Assembly (NCBI GenBank): GCA_963727485.1
Contig: CAVSGM010000001.1
Coordinates: forward strand, 274,006 to 338,005
DNA from: an uncultured delta proteobacterium
GTDB taxonomy: Bacteria; Myxococcota; Myxococcia; SLRQ01
Direction of reading: 5' to 3'
DNA: 64,000 nt
Position numbers and translations under genes: made by a program. This document shows, piece after piece, positions 35,251-47,678 of the stretch; position 1 is the stretch's first letter; every line of letters starts with the position of its first letter. Below the pieces are notes generated by a model, which was given only the letters and a program-made list of their open reading frames with translations, had not been told where the DNA came from and did not search any database.

Positions 35251-37346
35251 ATGGACGCTCACGTGTCGGAGGCGCTCCAGGCCCTGGCCACCGCCTCCGG
35301 GGTGCAGCTCTCCTATACCGACCTCTCGGGGCAGCGGCAGGAGGCCTCCGACGAGGCGCTGCTGGCGGTGCTCGAGGTCCTGGGCGTGGGCCTGGCCCGC
35401 CCCGAGGACGCCGCCGAGCGCCTCGCCGCCGTCCACGCCGACCGGGCCCGGGCCCTGCTCCCGGCGGTGACCGTGGCCTGGGAGGGCCAGCCGGCGGCGC
35501 TCCACCTGCGCCTCCCGCCGGGGTCGGCGCGGCGGGTCGAGGGGGTGGTCGAGCTCGAGGACGGGACCCCCGTGGAGCTGGCCGCCGACCTCGAGCCGGT
35601 GGACGCGCCCGCCGCGGACGGGAGCCTCCGCCACCGCCTGCCGCTCCCGGCGGACCTGCCGGTGGGCTACCACCGGGTGCGCCTCTCGGCGGCCGGGCGC
35701 CTCGGCGAGGGGCACCTGCTGGTGGCGCCGTCGCAGGCCTTCTCCCCGGACGACGCCGGCCGGGACTCCGGGGTGGTCATGCCCCTCTACGCCCTCCGGG
35801 GCCGGGCCGCCGCGGGCCTCGCCGACCTCTCGGACCTCGAGGCGCTGGTGGACCTCGCTGCCCGGCACGGGGCGAAGGCGGTGGGCACCCTGCCGCTGCT
35901 CGCCTCGTTCCTCGACACGCCCTTCGAGCCCAGCCCCTACGCCCCGGCGAGCCGGCTCTTCTTCAACGAGCTCTACCTCGACCTCGAGGCCGTCCCCGAG
36001 CTCGCCGCCGCCAGCGAGGCCCGGGCGGTGCTGGGGTCCGGCGCCTGGCGCGCCCGGGCAAAGGCGGTAAGGGACGCCGACCTGGTGGACTACCGGGAGG
36101 CCGGGGCGCTGGTGCACGCGGTCCTCCAGCCCCTGGCCGACGCCGCCTTCGCCGGCACCGGTGCCCGGCGCGACGCCCTCGACGCCTTCATCCGCGCCCA
36201 CCCCGAGGCCGAGGACTACGCCCGGTTCCGCGGGGCGCTGGCCGCCCGGGGCGAGGCCTTCTGGACCTGGCCGGCGGCGATGCGCGACGGCGAGATCCAG
36301 ACCGACGCCGTGGACCAGGCCGCCTGGCGCCGGCACCTCTACGCCCAGTTCGCCCTCGCCGAGCAGCTCGAGGGCCTCGCGGGCCGGGCCCGGGACGCGG
36401 GGACCGAGCTCTACCTCGACCTCCCGGTGGGGGTGCACCCGGACGGCTACGACGTGTGGCGCGAGCGCGACGCCTTCGCCCTGGGCCTCTCCGCCGGCGC
36501 CCCCCCGGACCCGTTCTTCACCGGGGGCCAGGACTGGGGCTTCCCGCCGCTGCACCCGGCCCGGAGCCGGGAGACCGGCCACCACTACTTCGCCGCCTGC
36601 GTCCGCGCCCACATGCGCTACGCCGGCCGCCTGCGCATCGACCACGTGATGGGCCTCCACCGGCTCTTCTGGGTTCCCCGGGGCCTCGGGCCCCGGGAGG
36701 GCGTCTACGTGCGCTACCCCGCCGAGGAGCTGTGGGCGGTGGTGTGCATCGAGTCGCAGCGCCACCGGACCCGGGTGGTGGGCGAGAACCTGGGGACCGT
36801 CCCCGAGGCGGTGAACGAGGCCATGGGCCGCCACCGCATCGGCGGGATGTACGTGGCCCAGTTCGCCGTGGGGACCGACGCCGGCCAGGCGGTGCAGCCG
36901 CCGCCCGCCGGGAGCACCGCCAGCTTCGACACCCACGACACCCCGACCTTCGCCGGGTGGTGGCACGGCGACGACATCGGGCAGCGGGTGGACCTGGGCT
37001 TCCTCGACCCGGGCGCCGCCGAGCACGAGCGGGGGCTGCGCGGGGCCCAGGTCGACGCCCTCAAGCGGTGGCTCGCGGGGATGGGCCTCGCCGCCGACGA
37101 CGCCGAAGAGGCCGCCTGCCACCAGGCGCTGGTCACCTGGCTCGGGAGCACGGGCGCCGGCACCGTCCTGGTGAACCTCGAGGACGTGTGGGCCGAGCGC
37201 CACCCCCAGAACGTTCCGGGCACCCACCGCGAGGTGCCCAACTGGAGACACAAGGCGCGCCACCCCCTCGCCGAGATCGAGGAGATGGACGCGGTGAAGG
37301 ACCTCCTCGAGGCCCTGGCCCGCGCGCGCCACACCGGGAGCCCGTG

Positions 37347-37347
<1 letters not shown>
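35251..37347 (+). CDS. malQ: 4-alpha-glucanotransferase (amylomaltase) MalQ
   Basis: 698 aa. GH77 motifs (GVVMPLYALRG, DLPVGVHPDGYDVW, RIDHVMGLHRLFWVP). Confidence 0.85.
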
Positions 37348-39541
<2,194 letters not shown>

Positions 39542-39695
39542 TCCAAATTCCGCAGCGGCGGCGGACCGTTTCGTCCAACTAGGGTGGATCCTCCCCTTTG
39601 CCCCACCTTCCCCCATGTCTAACTGAGAGGGGTAACGGGGGAGGCGGAGATGGCGCTGGCCACGTCGGCCAGGCGTCTCCGGCTGGGAAGGATCC

Positions 39696-40805
39696 ATGGA
39701 TCTCCAGCGTGCGCCGCAAGGCCGGACACAACACCAGGGTTACGCAGAGCGCGTCCGACGGAAGGTGCGGCGCTACCGGCCCGACACCGATCGCGAGGCG
39801 CTCCTCGCCTTTCGCCGGGCCGCCTGGGGGGACGTGACCCAGGCGTCGGCGGCCTATCTCGACTGGCGCTACCCGGCGACCGACGGGGAGATCCCCCTGT
39901 GGGTCGTCAGCGAGGACGGCCGCATCGTGGCCACCCAGGGCGCGGTGCCGGTGCCCCTCACCGTCGAGGGCACCGTGTACCGCGGGGCCTGGCTCATCGA
40001 GCTCTTCGTGGACCCGAAGCACCGGTGGCGGGGCCTCGGGGCCGCGCTGACCCTGGTGGCCAGCGAGGGCTTCGAGGTGGTGATGGGCACCGAGCTCTCC
40101 GACGCCGCCTGGCAGACCTTCGACCGGGCCGGGTGGACCGATCTGGGGACCCTGCCGCTCTGGGCCCGGCCCCTCGACCTGGACGAGGTGCTGGCCACGC
40201 GCTTCCCGGGCCGGGTGCCGGAGGTGGCGCGGCGCGCGGCGGGGCCGGCGCTCCGGGCCGTCGACGCCACCGTCGACGGGCTCCTCGCCATCGCGGGCCT
40301 CGAGGTCCGGGAGGTCCGCCGCTTCGGGGACGAGGTGGACGCCCTGTGGCAGGAGGTGGGCGGGACCTCCCCGGTGATCGCCCGCCGGGACGCGGCGATC
40401 CTCAACCAGCGCTTCGCCGCCTATCCCGAGCCCGGGCGCTACCGGCTCCAGGCCTTCCACCGGGGCCGGCGCCTGGTGGGCTGGTCGGTGCTCCGCCTCG
40501 GCGAGCGCCACGGCCTGCCCTCGGGCGAGGTGGTCGACTTCCTCGCCGCGCCGGGCTTCACCCTCCCGGTGCTGGCCCGGAGCCTCCGGGTGCTCGCCCG
40601 GGCCGGGGCCCGGATGGCCTACGTGATTCATCTCGGACCCGATGCCGATGCCCTGCGGTGGCTCGGGTTCTCCCGGCGCGACACCGGCTGGCGCACCATG
40701 GTGAACGCGCCGGGGCTCCCGGCGGCGTCGCAGGCGCGCGTCTCCCGGCGGGACGGGTGGTACCTCACCGCGGGCGACAGCAATCTCGACCGGCCACGGG
40801 AGTGA
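39696..40805 (+). CDS. GNAT-family N-acetyltransferase domain protein (FemAB-like size)
   Basis: 369 aa. Central acetyl-CoA-binding motif VDPKHRWRGLGAAL (R/Q-x-x-G-x-G/A). First gene of the plus-strand EPS-modification operon. Confidence 0.55.
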   Translation: MDLQRAPQGRTQHQGYAERVRRKVRRYRPDTDREALLAFRRAAWGDVTQASAAYLDWRYPATDGEIPLWVVSEDGRIVATQGAVPVPLTVEGTVYRGAWLIELFVDPKHRWRGLGAALTLVASEGFEVVMGTELSDAAWQTFDRAGWTDLGTLPLWARPLDLDEVLATRFPGRVPEVARRAAGPALRAVDATVDGLLAIAGLEVREVRRFGDEVDALWQEVGGTSPVIARRDAAILNQRFAAYPEPGRYRLQAFHRGRRLVGWSVLRLGERHGLPSGEVVDFLAAPGFTLPVLARSLRVLARAGARMAYVIHLGPDADALRWLGFSRRDTGWRTMVNAPGLPAASQARVSRRDGWYLTAGDSNLDRPRE

Positions 40806-40826
40806 CCGGCGCAGTCAGGGGGGCAC

Positions 40827-42767
40827 ATGTGCGGTATTGCGGGGATCCTCGACACCCGGGGTGAGGGTGTCGACACCGGCGTCCTGGAGCGGATGATCAC
40901 CACCGTCCGCCACCGGGGGCCGGACGAGGTGGGCGTGCGCACCGACGCGTACCTCGGCCTCGCCCACGCGCGCCTGTCGATCATCGACATCGACGGCGGC
41001 CGCCAGCCCATGTCCATCGACGACGGGCGCCTGTGGATCGCCTTCAACGGCGAGATCTTCAACTTCGTGGAGCTGCGCGAAGAGCTCGAGGCCAGGGGCC
41101 ACCGCTTCCGCACCCGCTCGGACACCGAGGTGCTGCTGCGCCTCTACGCCGAGAAGGGCGACGACTTCGTCCACGACCTCAACGGCCAGTGGGCGCTGGC
41201 CATCTGGGACAGCCGGGCCCGCCGCCTGCTCCTCTCCCGGGACCGGGTGGGCATCGTGCCCCTCTACTGGACCCGGGTGGGCGCCCAGCTGGTCTTCGGC
41301 TCCGAGCTCAAGACCCTGCTGGCCCACCCGGACGTCCCCAGGCGCCTCGACCTCGAGGCCCTCGACGAGGTGCTCACCTTCTGGTCCCCGGTGGCCCCGC
41401 GGACCCTCCTCGAGGGCGTGAACGAGCTGCCGCCGGGGACCCAGATGGTCGTCGACGCCGCCGGCCACGTCCGCGAGCGGCGCTACTGGGCCTTCGCCCC
41501 GCGCCCCGACCCGGACCTCGGCGAGCCCGAGGAGATCGCCGCCGAGCTCCGGCGCCTCCTCCTCGACGCCACCCGCATCCGCCTGCGCTCCGACGTCCCG
41601 GTGGGCGCCTACCTCTCCGGCGGCCTCGATTCCTCGGTGATCTCCGCCCTCATCAACGAGGTCCGCGGGGAGCCGCCGAGGACCTTCTCGGTGACCTTCT
41701 CCGACCACGAGTTCGACGAGGCGCCGTTCCAGGACGACATGGTCCGCCACCTGGGCAGCGACCACCGCCAGGTGGCCATCGGCGCCGGCGACATCGCCCG
41801 GGTCTTCCCCGACGTCATCTGGCACGGGGAGAAGCCCATCCTCCGCACCGCCCCGGCGCCGCTCTTCCTGCTCTCGGAGCTGGTCCACCGCGAGGGCTAC
41901 AAGGTGGTGCTCACCGGCGAGGGCTCCGACGAGTACCTGGGCGGCTACGACATCTTCAAGGAGGCCAAGGTCCGGGCCTTCTGGGCGGCGATGCCCGCCT
42001 CGCAGCTTCGCCCCCAGCTCCTCCGGCGCCTCTACCCCTACCTGCCGAGGATGCAGGCCCAGAGCCCGGCGTTCCTCATGGCCTTCTTCCAGGTGCGCCC
42101 CGGGGCCGCCGCCGACCCCTTCTTCTCCCACCAGCCCAGGTGGCAGCTCACCAGCCGCATCAAGCCTTTGCTCTCCGATGCGGTGCGCGCGGATCTCGGC
42201 GATCGCGACGCGGTGGCCGAGCTCTCGACCCGGGTGCCCGCGGACTTCGGGAGCTGGGACCCCTTCTCCCGGGCCCAGTGGCTCGAGGCCACCCTGCTCA
42301 TGCCCGGCTACATCCTCTCGTCCCAGGGCGACCGGATGGCCATGGGCCACGCGGTGGAGGGGCGCTTCCCGTTCCTCGATCACCGGGTCATCGAGCTCGC
42401 CGCCCGGATGCCGGTGAAGGTGAAGATGCGCGGCCTCGACGAGAAGCACGTCCTCAAGGCCGCGGCCAAGGGGCTCATCCCCGAGTCGGTGCGCCGGCGC
42501 AAGAAGCAGCCCTACCGCGCCCCCGACGCGGCGAGCTTCTTCGGCGACGGCGCCCCCGAGTGGGTCGACGCGATGCTCTCCGAGACGGCGCTGCGCGAGG
42601 CCGGTCTCTTCAATCCCCGGGCGGTGGCGCACCTCACGGCCAAGGCCCGCGCCGGTCGCGCCGCCGGCGCCCGGGACAACATGGCGCTGGTGGGAGTCCT
42701 CTCCGCCCAGCTCTTCCACGATCAGTTCATCTCCCACAACCGGAGGCTCACCGATGCAGGCCATTGA
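40827..42767 (+). CDS. asnB: Asparagine synthase (glutamine-hydrolysing) family amidotransferase
   Basis: 646 aa. N-terminal nucleophile MCGIAGIL (class II GATase), PP-loop SGGLDSS in the synthetase domain. Confidence 0.85.
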   Translation: MCGIAGILDTRGEGVDTGVLERMITTVRHRGPDEVGVRTDAYLGLAHARLSIIDIDGGRQPMSIDDGRLWIAFNGEIFNFVELREELEARGHRFRTRSDTEVLLRLYAEKGDDFVHDLNGQWALAIWDSRARRLLLSRDRVGIVPLYWTRVGAQLVFGSELKTLLAHPDVPRRLDLEALDEVLTFWSPVAPRTLLEGVNELPPGTQMVVDAAGHVRERRYWAFAPRPDPDLGEPEEIAAELRRLLLDATRIRLRSDVPVGAYLSGGLDSSVISALINEVRGEPPRTFSVTFSDHEFDEAPFQDDMVRHLGSDHRQVAIGAGDIARVFPDVIWHGEKPILRTAPAPLFLLSELVHREGYKVVLTGEGSDEYLGGYDIFKEAKVRAFWAAMPASQLRPQLLRRLYPYLPRMQAQSPAFLMAFFQVRPGAAADPFFSHQPRWQLTSRIKPLLSDAVRADLGDRDAVAELSTRVPADFGSWDPFSRAQWLEATLLMPGYILSSQGDRMAMGHAVEGRFPFLDHRVIELAARMPVKVKMRGLDEKHVLKAAAKGLIPESVRRRKKQPYRAPDAASFFGDGAPEWVDAMLSETALREAGLFNPRAVAHLTAKARAGRAAGARDNMALVGVLSAQLFHDQFISHNRRLTDAGH

Positions 42768-43017
42768 GACCGAGATCAGGCAGTTCGTGGTGGACAACTT
42801 CCTCTTCGGCCGGGACGAGCCGAAGCTCCGTCCCGACGACTCCTTCCTCGACGCCGGCGTCATCGACTCCACCGGCGTCCTGGAGCTGGTGAGCTTCCTC
42901 GAGCGTCACTTCGGGATCCAGGTGGACGACGCCGACCTCGTCCCCGAGAACCTCGACTCCATCGCCGGCATCGTGCGCTACGTGTCGGGCAAGCGCCCCG
43001 CGGTGGCCCAGGCCTGA
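42754..43017 (+). CDS. Acyl carrier protein
   Basis: 87 aa. Phosphopantetheine attachment motif LDAGVIDSTGVLELV (DSx). Start overlaps the asnB 3' end by 14 nt. Confidence 0.75.
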   Translation: MQAIETEIRQFVVDNFLFGRDEPKLRPDDSFLDAGVIDSTGVLELVSFLERHFGIQVDDADLVPENLDSIAGIVRYVSGKRPAVAQA

Positions 43018-43025
43018 AGGAGGGC

Positions 43026-44582
43026 GTGATGCTGCTCGAAGGCTTCCTGGAGCAAAGCGCGAGCGCCCGGCCCGACCACCTGGCGCTGGTCGCCGGCGAG
43101 GCGCGGCTGACCTATGCCGAGGTGGAGGCGAGGGCCAACGCGCTCGCCCACGGCCTCCAGGACCTGGGGGTCCGCCGGGGCGACCGGGTGCTCATCCACC
43201 TGGAGAACGGCGTCGACGCGGTACTGGCGATCTTCGCCACCCTCAAGGCCGGGGCGACCTTCGTGATGGTCAACCCCACGGCCAAGAGCCACCGCCTCGC
43301 CTACCTCCTCGAGGACACCCGGGCCACCGCGCTGTTCACCGACCCCAGAAGGCTCACCGCCACCTCCGGGGCCTGGGCGCTCTCACCCCACCTCCTCGCG
43401 GTGGTGGTCGCCGGCGACCCCGAGGACCCGGTGGGCGCCGACGGCAAGCGCCTCGCGGGCCTCGACGGGCTCCTCGCCGCCTTCCGCGACCGGGCGGACG
43501 CCCCGCCCCCCAAGCGGCACATCGACCAGGACCTCGCCGCCCTCATCTACACCTCGGGCTCCACCGGGAGCCCCAAGGGCGTGATGTCCACCCACCGGAA
43601 CATGCGCTTCGCCGCCCGGTCGATCCTCACCTACCTGGAGAACGTGCCCGAGGACGTCCTCCTCCTGGTGCTGCCGCTGTCCTTCGACTACGGCCTCTAC
43701 CAGGTGCTCATGGCGTTCGCCGTGGGGGCCACGGTGGTGGTGGAGCGCGGCTTCACCTACCCCCACGCGGTGTTGAACCGGGCGGTGGCCGAAGGGGTCA
43801 CGGGCCTGCCGGTGGTGCCCACGCTCCTGGCGATGCTCCTCGAGCTCGACCTCGAGCGCTACGACCTCTCGAAGCTGCGCTACCTCACCAACACCGGCGC
43901 GGCGCTCCCGGTGGAGCACATCCGCCAGGTGCGCCAGCGCCTGCCGGGGATGCGCGTCTACTCCATGTACGGCCTCACCGAGTGCAAGCGCGTGGCCTAC
44001 CTCCCGCCCGAGGAGATCGACGCCCGCCCCGGCTCGGTGGGCCGGGCCATCCCCGGCACCGAGGTCTACCTGGTCGACGACGAGGGCCACCGCCTCGGCC
44101 CCGGGCAGGTGGGCCAGCTGGTGGTCCGCGGCAGCCACGTGATGCGCGGCTACTGGGAGCGCCCGGAGGACACCGACCGGGTCTACCGCCCGGGCCCCAT
44201 CCCCGGCGAGAAGGTGCTCCACACCGGCGACCTCTTCCGCCAGGACGACGAGGGCTTCCTCTACTTCGTCGGCCGGCGCGACGACATCATCAAGTCCCGG
44301 GGCGAGAAGGTCAGCCCCCGGGAGGTGGAGGACGTGCTCCACGCCATGCCCGGCATCGCCGAGGCGGCGGTGGTCGGCGTCCCCAATCCCTTCCTCGGCC
44401 AGGCGGTGAAGGCGGTGGTCCGGGCGGTCCCCGGCGCCACCCTCACCGAGCCCGAGGTCCGTGCTCACTGCCGCCGCCACCTCGAGGACTTCATGGTCCC
44501 CTCGTCGGTGGAGGTGGTGGACGAGCTTCCCCGCACGCCCAACGGAAAGATCGACAAGGCGCGTCTCACCCGCGCGCCTTGA
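43026..44582 (+). CDS. AMP-dependent synthetase/ligase (acyl-CoA or acyl-ACP ligase)
   Basis: 518 aa. AMP-binding signature IYTSGSTGSPKGV, plus TGD and conserved C-terminal GKIDK motifs. Confidence 0.85.
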   Translation: MMLLEGFLEQSASARPDHLALVAGEARLTYAEVEARANALAHGLQDLGVRRGDRVLIHLENGVDAVLAIFATLKAGATFVMVNPTAKSHRLAYLLEDTRATALFTDPRRLTATSGAWALSPHLLAVVVAGDPEDPVGADGKRLAGLDGLLAAFRDRADAPPPKRHIDQDLAALIYTSGSTGSPKGVMSTHRNMRFAARSILTYLENVPEDVLLLVLPLSFDYGLYQVLMAFAVGATVVVERGFTYPHAVLNRAVAEGVTGLPVVPTLLAMLLELDLERYDLSKLRYLTNTGAALPVEHIRQVRQRLPGMRVYSMYGLTECKRVAYLPPEEIDARPGSVGRAIPGTEVYLVDDEGHRLGPGQVGQLVVRGSHVMRGYWERPEDTDRVYRPGPIPGEKVLHTGDLFRQDDEGFLYFVGRRDDIIKSRGEKVSPREVEDVLHAMPGIAEAAVVGVPNPFLGQAVKAVVRAVPGATLTEPEVRAHCRRHLEDFMVPSSVEVVDELPRTPNGKIDKARLTRAP

Positions 44583-44594
44583 GGAGGTGACCCG

Positions 44595-45647
44595 ATGACC
44601 ACCCAGCGCTTCTCCCCCGACGTCCTCGAGCTCGACACCGCCAAGGAGACCGCGCGGATCGTCGACGCCATTCGCGACCAGGTCTTCGCCACCCTCCACA
44701 AGAAGGGCGTGGTGGTGGGGCTCTCAGGCGGCATCGACTCCTCGGTGACCGCGGCGCTGTGCGCCCGGGCGCTGGGCCCCGAGCGGGTGGTGGGCCTGCT
44801 CATGCCCGAGGGCGAGAGCGCCGGCGACACCCTGCGCCTCTCGCACCTGGCCGCCGCGCGCATCGACGTCGCCACCGTCCTCGAGGACATCACCATGATC
44901 CTCGAGGCCACCGGCTGCTATCGCCGCCGCGACACCGCCATCCGCAAGGTGATGCCCGAGTACGGCCCCCTCTACCGGGCGACCCTCGCCCACTCCAACG
45001 TCCTCGACCACGACGGGATGCTCACCTACAGCCTCCTGGTCGCCGACCCCGAGGGCAACCGCAGCCACCGCCGGCTCACCCCCGAGGCGTTCCTGGAGAT
45101 CGTCGCCGCCACCAGCTTCAAGCAGCGGGTGCGCAAGATGATGGAGTACCACCACGCCGACCGCCTCGGCTTCGCCGTCGCCGGGACCCCCAACCGCCTG
45201 GAGTACGACCAGGGCTTCTTCGTGAGGAACGGCGACGGGGCCGCCGACCTCAAGCCCATCGCCCACCTCTACAAGACCCAGGTCTACGCCCTGGCCGAGT
45301 ACCTGGCGGTGCCCGAGGAGATCCGCGCCCGGCCGCCGACCACCGACACCTACCCCCTGGAGGCGTCCCAGGACGAGTTCTTCTTCCCCCTGCCCTACAA
45401 GGAGATGGATCTCACCATGTGGGGCCTCGACCACTCGGTGCCCGCCGGCGAGGTGGCCGAGGTCATCGGCAAGACCGAGAAGCAGGTGGCGAGGGTCTAC
45501 CGGCACATCCAGCAGCGCCGGGTGGCGACCCGGAGCCTGCACCTGGCGCCCCTGACCGTGGAGCCGGTGCTCGCCGAGCTCCCGGCGAAGGACGGGCCCC
45601 GGCGCGCCGGCCGGCCGGCGGGCAACGGCGCACATCTGAGGACCTAG
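44595..45647 (+). CDS. NAD synthetase-like N-type ATP pyrophosphatase (PP-loop) family protein
   Basis: 350 aa. PP-loop VVGLSGGIDSSVTAAL and NadE-like core. Embedded in the ACP/ligase/amidotransferase operon. Confidence 0.7.
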   Translation: MTTQRFSPDVLELDTAKETARIVDAIRDQVFATLHKKGVVVGLSGGIDSSVTAALCARALGPERVVGLLMPEGESAGDTLRLSHLAAARIDVATVLEDITMILEATGCYRRRDTAIRKVMPEYGPLYRATLAHSNVLDHDGMLTYSLLVADPEGNRSHRRLTPEAFLEIVAATSFKQRVRKMMEYHHADRLGFAVAGTPNRLEYDQGFFVRNGDGAADLKPIAHLYKTQVYALAEYLAVPEEIRARPPTTDTYPLEASQDEFFFPLPYKEMDLTMWGLDHSVPAGEVAEVIGKTEKQVARVYRHIQQRRVATRSLHLAPLTVEPVLAELPAKDGPRRAGRPAGNGAHLRT

Positions 45648-45659
45648 GCGGGCCAGACC

Positions 45660-46884
45660 TCACTTGGCCAGGTAGGGGCGCACCAGCCCCCCGGGGTGGC
45701 GGAGGATCCGCGCGGCGAAGGCCAGCGACGGCAGGGGATCCGCCGGGTCGTGGACGATGTCCACGTGGGGCCGGCGCCGGGCCTCGAGGTAGGCGCCGAG
45801 GCGCGCCCGGCGCCCGGGCCCCCGGGCCACGCCCACCCACTGGCCCACGTGCCAGGGGATGCCGTTGACGAAGACCTCGGGCCCCCCGGCGGCCTCGGCG
45901 GTCGCCGCGACCTGGCCCAGGGTGGCGCGGTACCAGATGAGGGGCAGGTCCACCTGCCGGGCCACGTCGAAGCGGATCTGGCCGTGGGCCCGGGGGTTCA
46001 GGTCGATGGCGAGGGTGGTGCCGTCCCGGAGGCGGACCAGCTCCAGCTCGAAGAGCCCCCGGCCGAGGATGCGCCGGACCACGGTCACCGCGGTGTCCAG
46101 GACCTCGGCGCCGGCGAACGGCTCGAAGACCGTGCCCACGCCCACCCGCGGCGGCCACTGCCCGCGCTTGACGTGACCGGTGCGGGCGAGGAGGACGCCG
46201 CCATCGCCGAGCATCCCGCTCACCGCCACCAGGTCCTCGACCCCGGCGCCGATCCACGCCTGGATCACCGGGAGCCCCAGGTCGTTGCGGCGCAGGAGCC
46301 GGCGCCAGGCGTCCGGGACCGGGTAGGGGCGGAAGGCGGCGCGAAGCTCGCGGGCGTCGTTGACCACCACCCCCCGGGCGAGGGGCACCGCCACGTGGCT
46401 TTGGGGCTTGAGCACCACCGGGTAGGGGAGCTCACCGGCGACCTCGAGGGCCGCCTCCACCGACGGCGGCGCCAGGGTGAAGGGCGTGGCGACGCCGGCG
46501 GCGCGGCAGGCCTCGTCGAAGCGGTCCTTGAAGAGGGTCGCCTCCACCGCCGCCCGCCCCGGGAGCACCGCCCGCACCGCCGGCGGCAGCCGGTCCCGGA
46601 CCAGGGACAGGTAGAAGGCGATGAGGTCCGAGGTGGGCGCGACCCGGAGGAGGCGGCCGGCGGCGACCTCGGCCTCGAGCCAGGGGAGGAAGCGCCCCGG
46701 GTCCGCCGGGTCGGGGCTGCGCCGGTAGCCGGTGTGCCACCGGGAGAGCCGGGCGGCGGGCAGGGCGCTGGGGCCGCTGACGATCACCGGGACCCCGGCC
46801 CGGCCCAGGGAGCGGACGAAGGCGAGGGCGCCGGGGCTGTCGGCGTCGAAGACGGTGACCGGGGGCAGGGCGCTGGGGCGCATC
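45660..46884 (-). CDS. ATP-grasp domain protein (carboxylate-amine ligase-like)
   Basis: About 408 aa from ATG 46884. ATP-grasp central and C-terminal domains (PYPVVLKPQSHVAV...; LELELVRLRDGTTLAIDLNPR). The long N-terminal extension of the track ORF is an out-of-gene Gly/Arg-rich artifact. Confidence 0.65.
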
Positions 46885-47650
46885 ACCGGGCCCCCTGCAG
46901 GCGGCGCCGGGCGCGGAGCTGACGCCACACGATGCCCAGGAACTTCGGGTCCCGGACCAGGTACCGGCGCCAGAGGCGGCGGGGCTCGTGGACCAGCCGG
47001 TAGAACCACTCCAGCCCCAGGCGCGAGACCCACCGCGGCGCCCGGCGCACCACCCCGGCGACGAAGTCCAGGGAGGCGCCGATCCCGAGCGCCACCGCCG
47101 GGCCCAGGCGCGCGGCGTGGTGATGGATCCACAGCTCCTGCTTGGGGCAGCCCAGCGCCACCAGCACCAGGTCCGGGTGGGCGGCCCGGATCCGGTCGGC
47201 GGCGGCGGCGGCCTCGGCGTCGTCGGGGGCGGCGATGCGCGGGGCGTCGACCCCGGCGATGCGCAGGGCCGGCAGCCGCGCCCGGAGCACCGCCGCCGCC
47301 TTCTCCCCCACCCCCGGGGCGCCGCCGAGGAGGTAGACCGACCACCCCCGGGAGGCGGCCAGCGCCAGGAGCGGCTCCACCAAATCCGAGCCCGAGACCT
47401 TCGCGGGCAGGGGCCGGCCCAAGAGCCGGCTGGCCCAGAGGATGGGCATCCCGTCGGCGAGCGAGAGGGCGGCCTCGGCGTAGGCGGCCTTCAGCGCCGG
47501 CTCGACCTCGGCGAGGACCACGTGGTCGACGTTGGGCGTGAGCACGTAGCCGCCGTGGCGCGCCTCCACCAGGGTGCCGATGGCGTCGAGGGCCCCGGCG
47601 AAGGTCACCTCGTCCACCGTGACCGCGCCCACCTGCATCATCGCTCGCAT
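46883..47650 (-). CDS. WecB/TagA/CpsF-family glycosyltransferase (N-acetylmannosaminyltransferase-like)
   Basis: 255 aa. Family motifs VTPNVDHVVLA, GCPKQELW, LGIGASLDF. Stop overlaps the ATP-grasp start. Confidence 0.8.
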   Translation of the reverse strand: MRAMMQVGAVTVDEVTFAGALDAIGTLVEARHGGYVLTPNVDHVVLAEVEPALKAAYAEAALSLADGMPILWASRLLGRPLPAKVSGSDLVEPLLALAASRGWSVYLLGGAPGVGEKAAAVLRARLPALRIAGVDAPRIAAPDDAEAAAAADRIRAAHPDLVLVALGCPKQELWIHHHAARLGPAVALGIGASLDFVAGVVRRAPRWVSRLGLEWFYRLVHEPRRLWRRYLVRDPKFLGIVWRQLRARRRLQGAR

Positions 47651-47678
47651 CGTGTTTCCCCCCTCTGGTGATCGGCGC

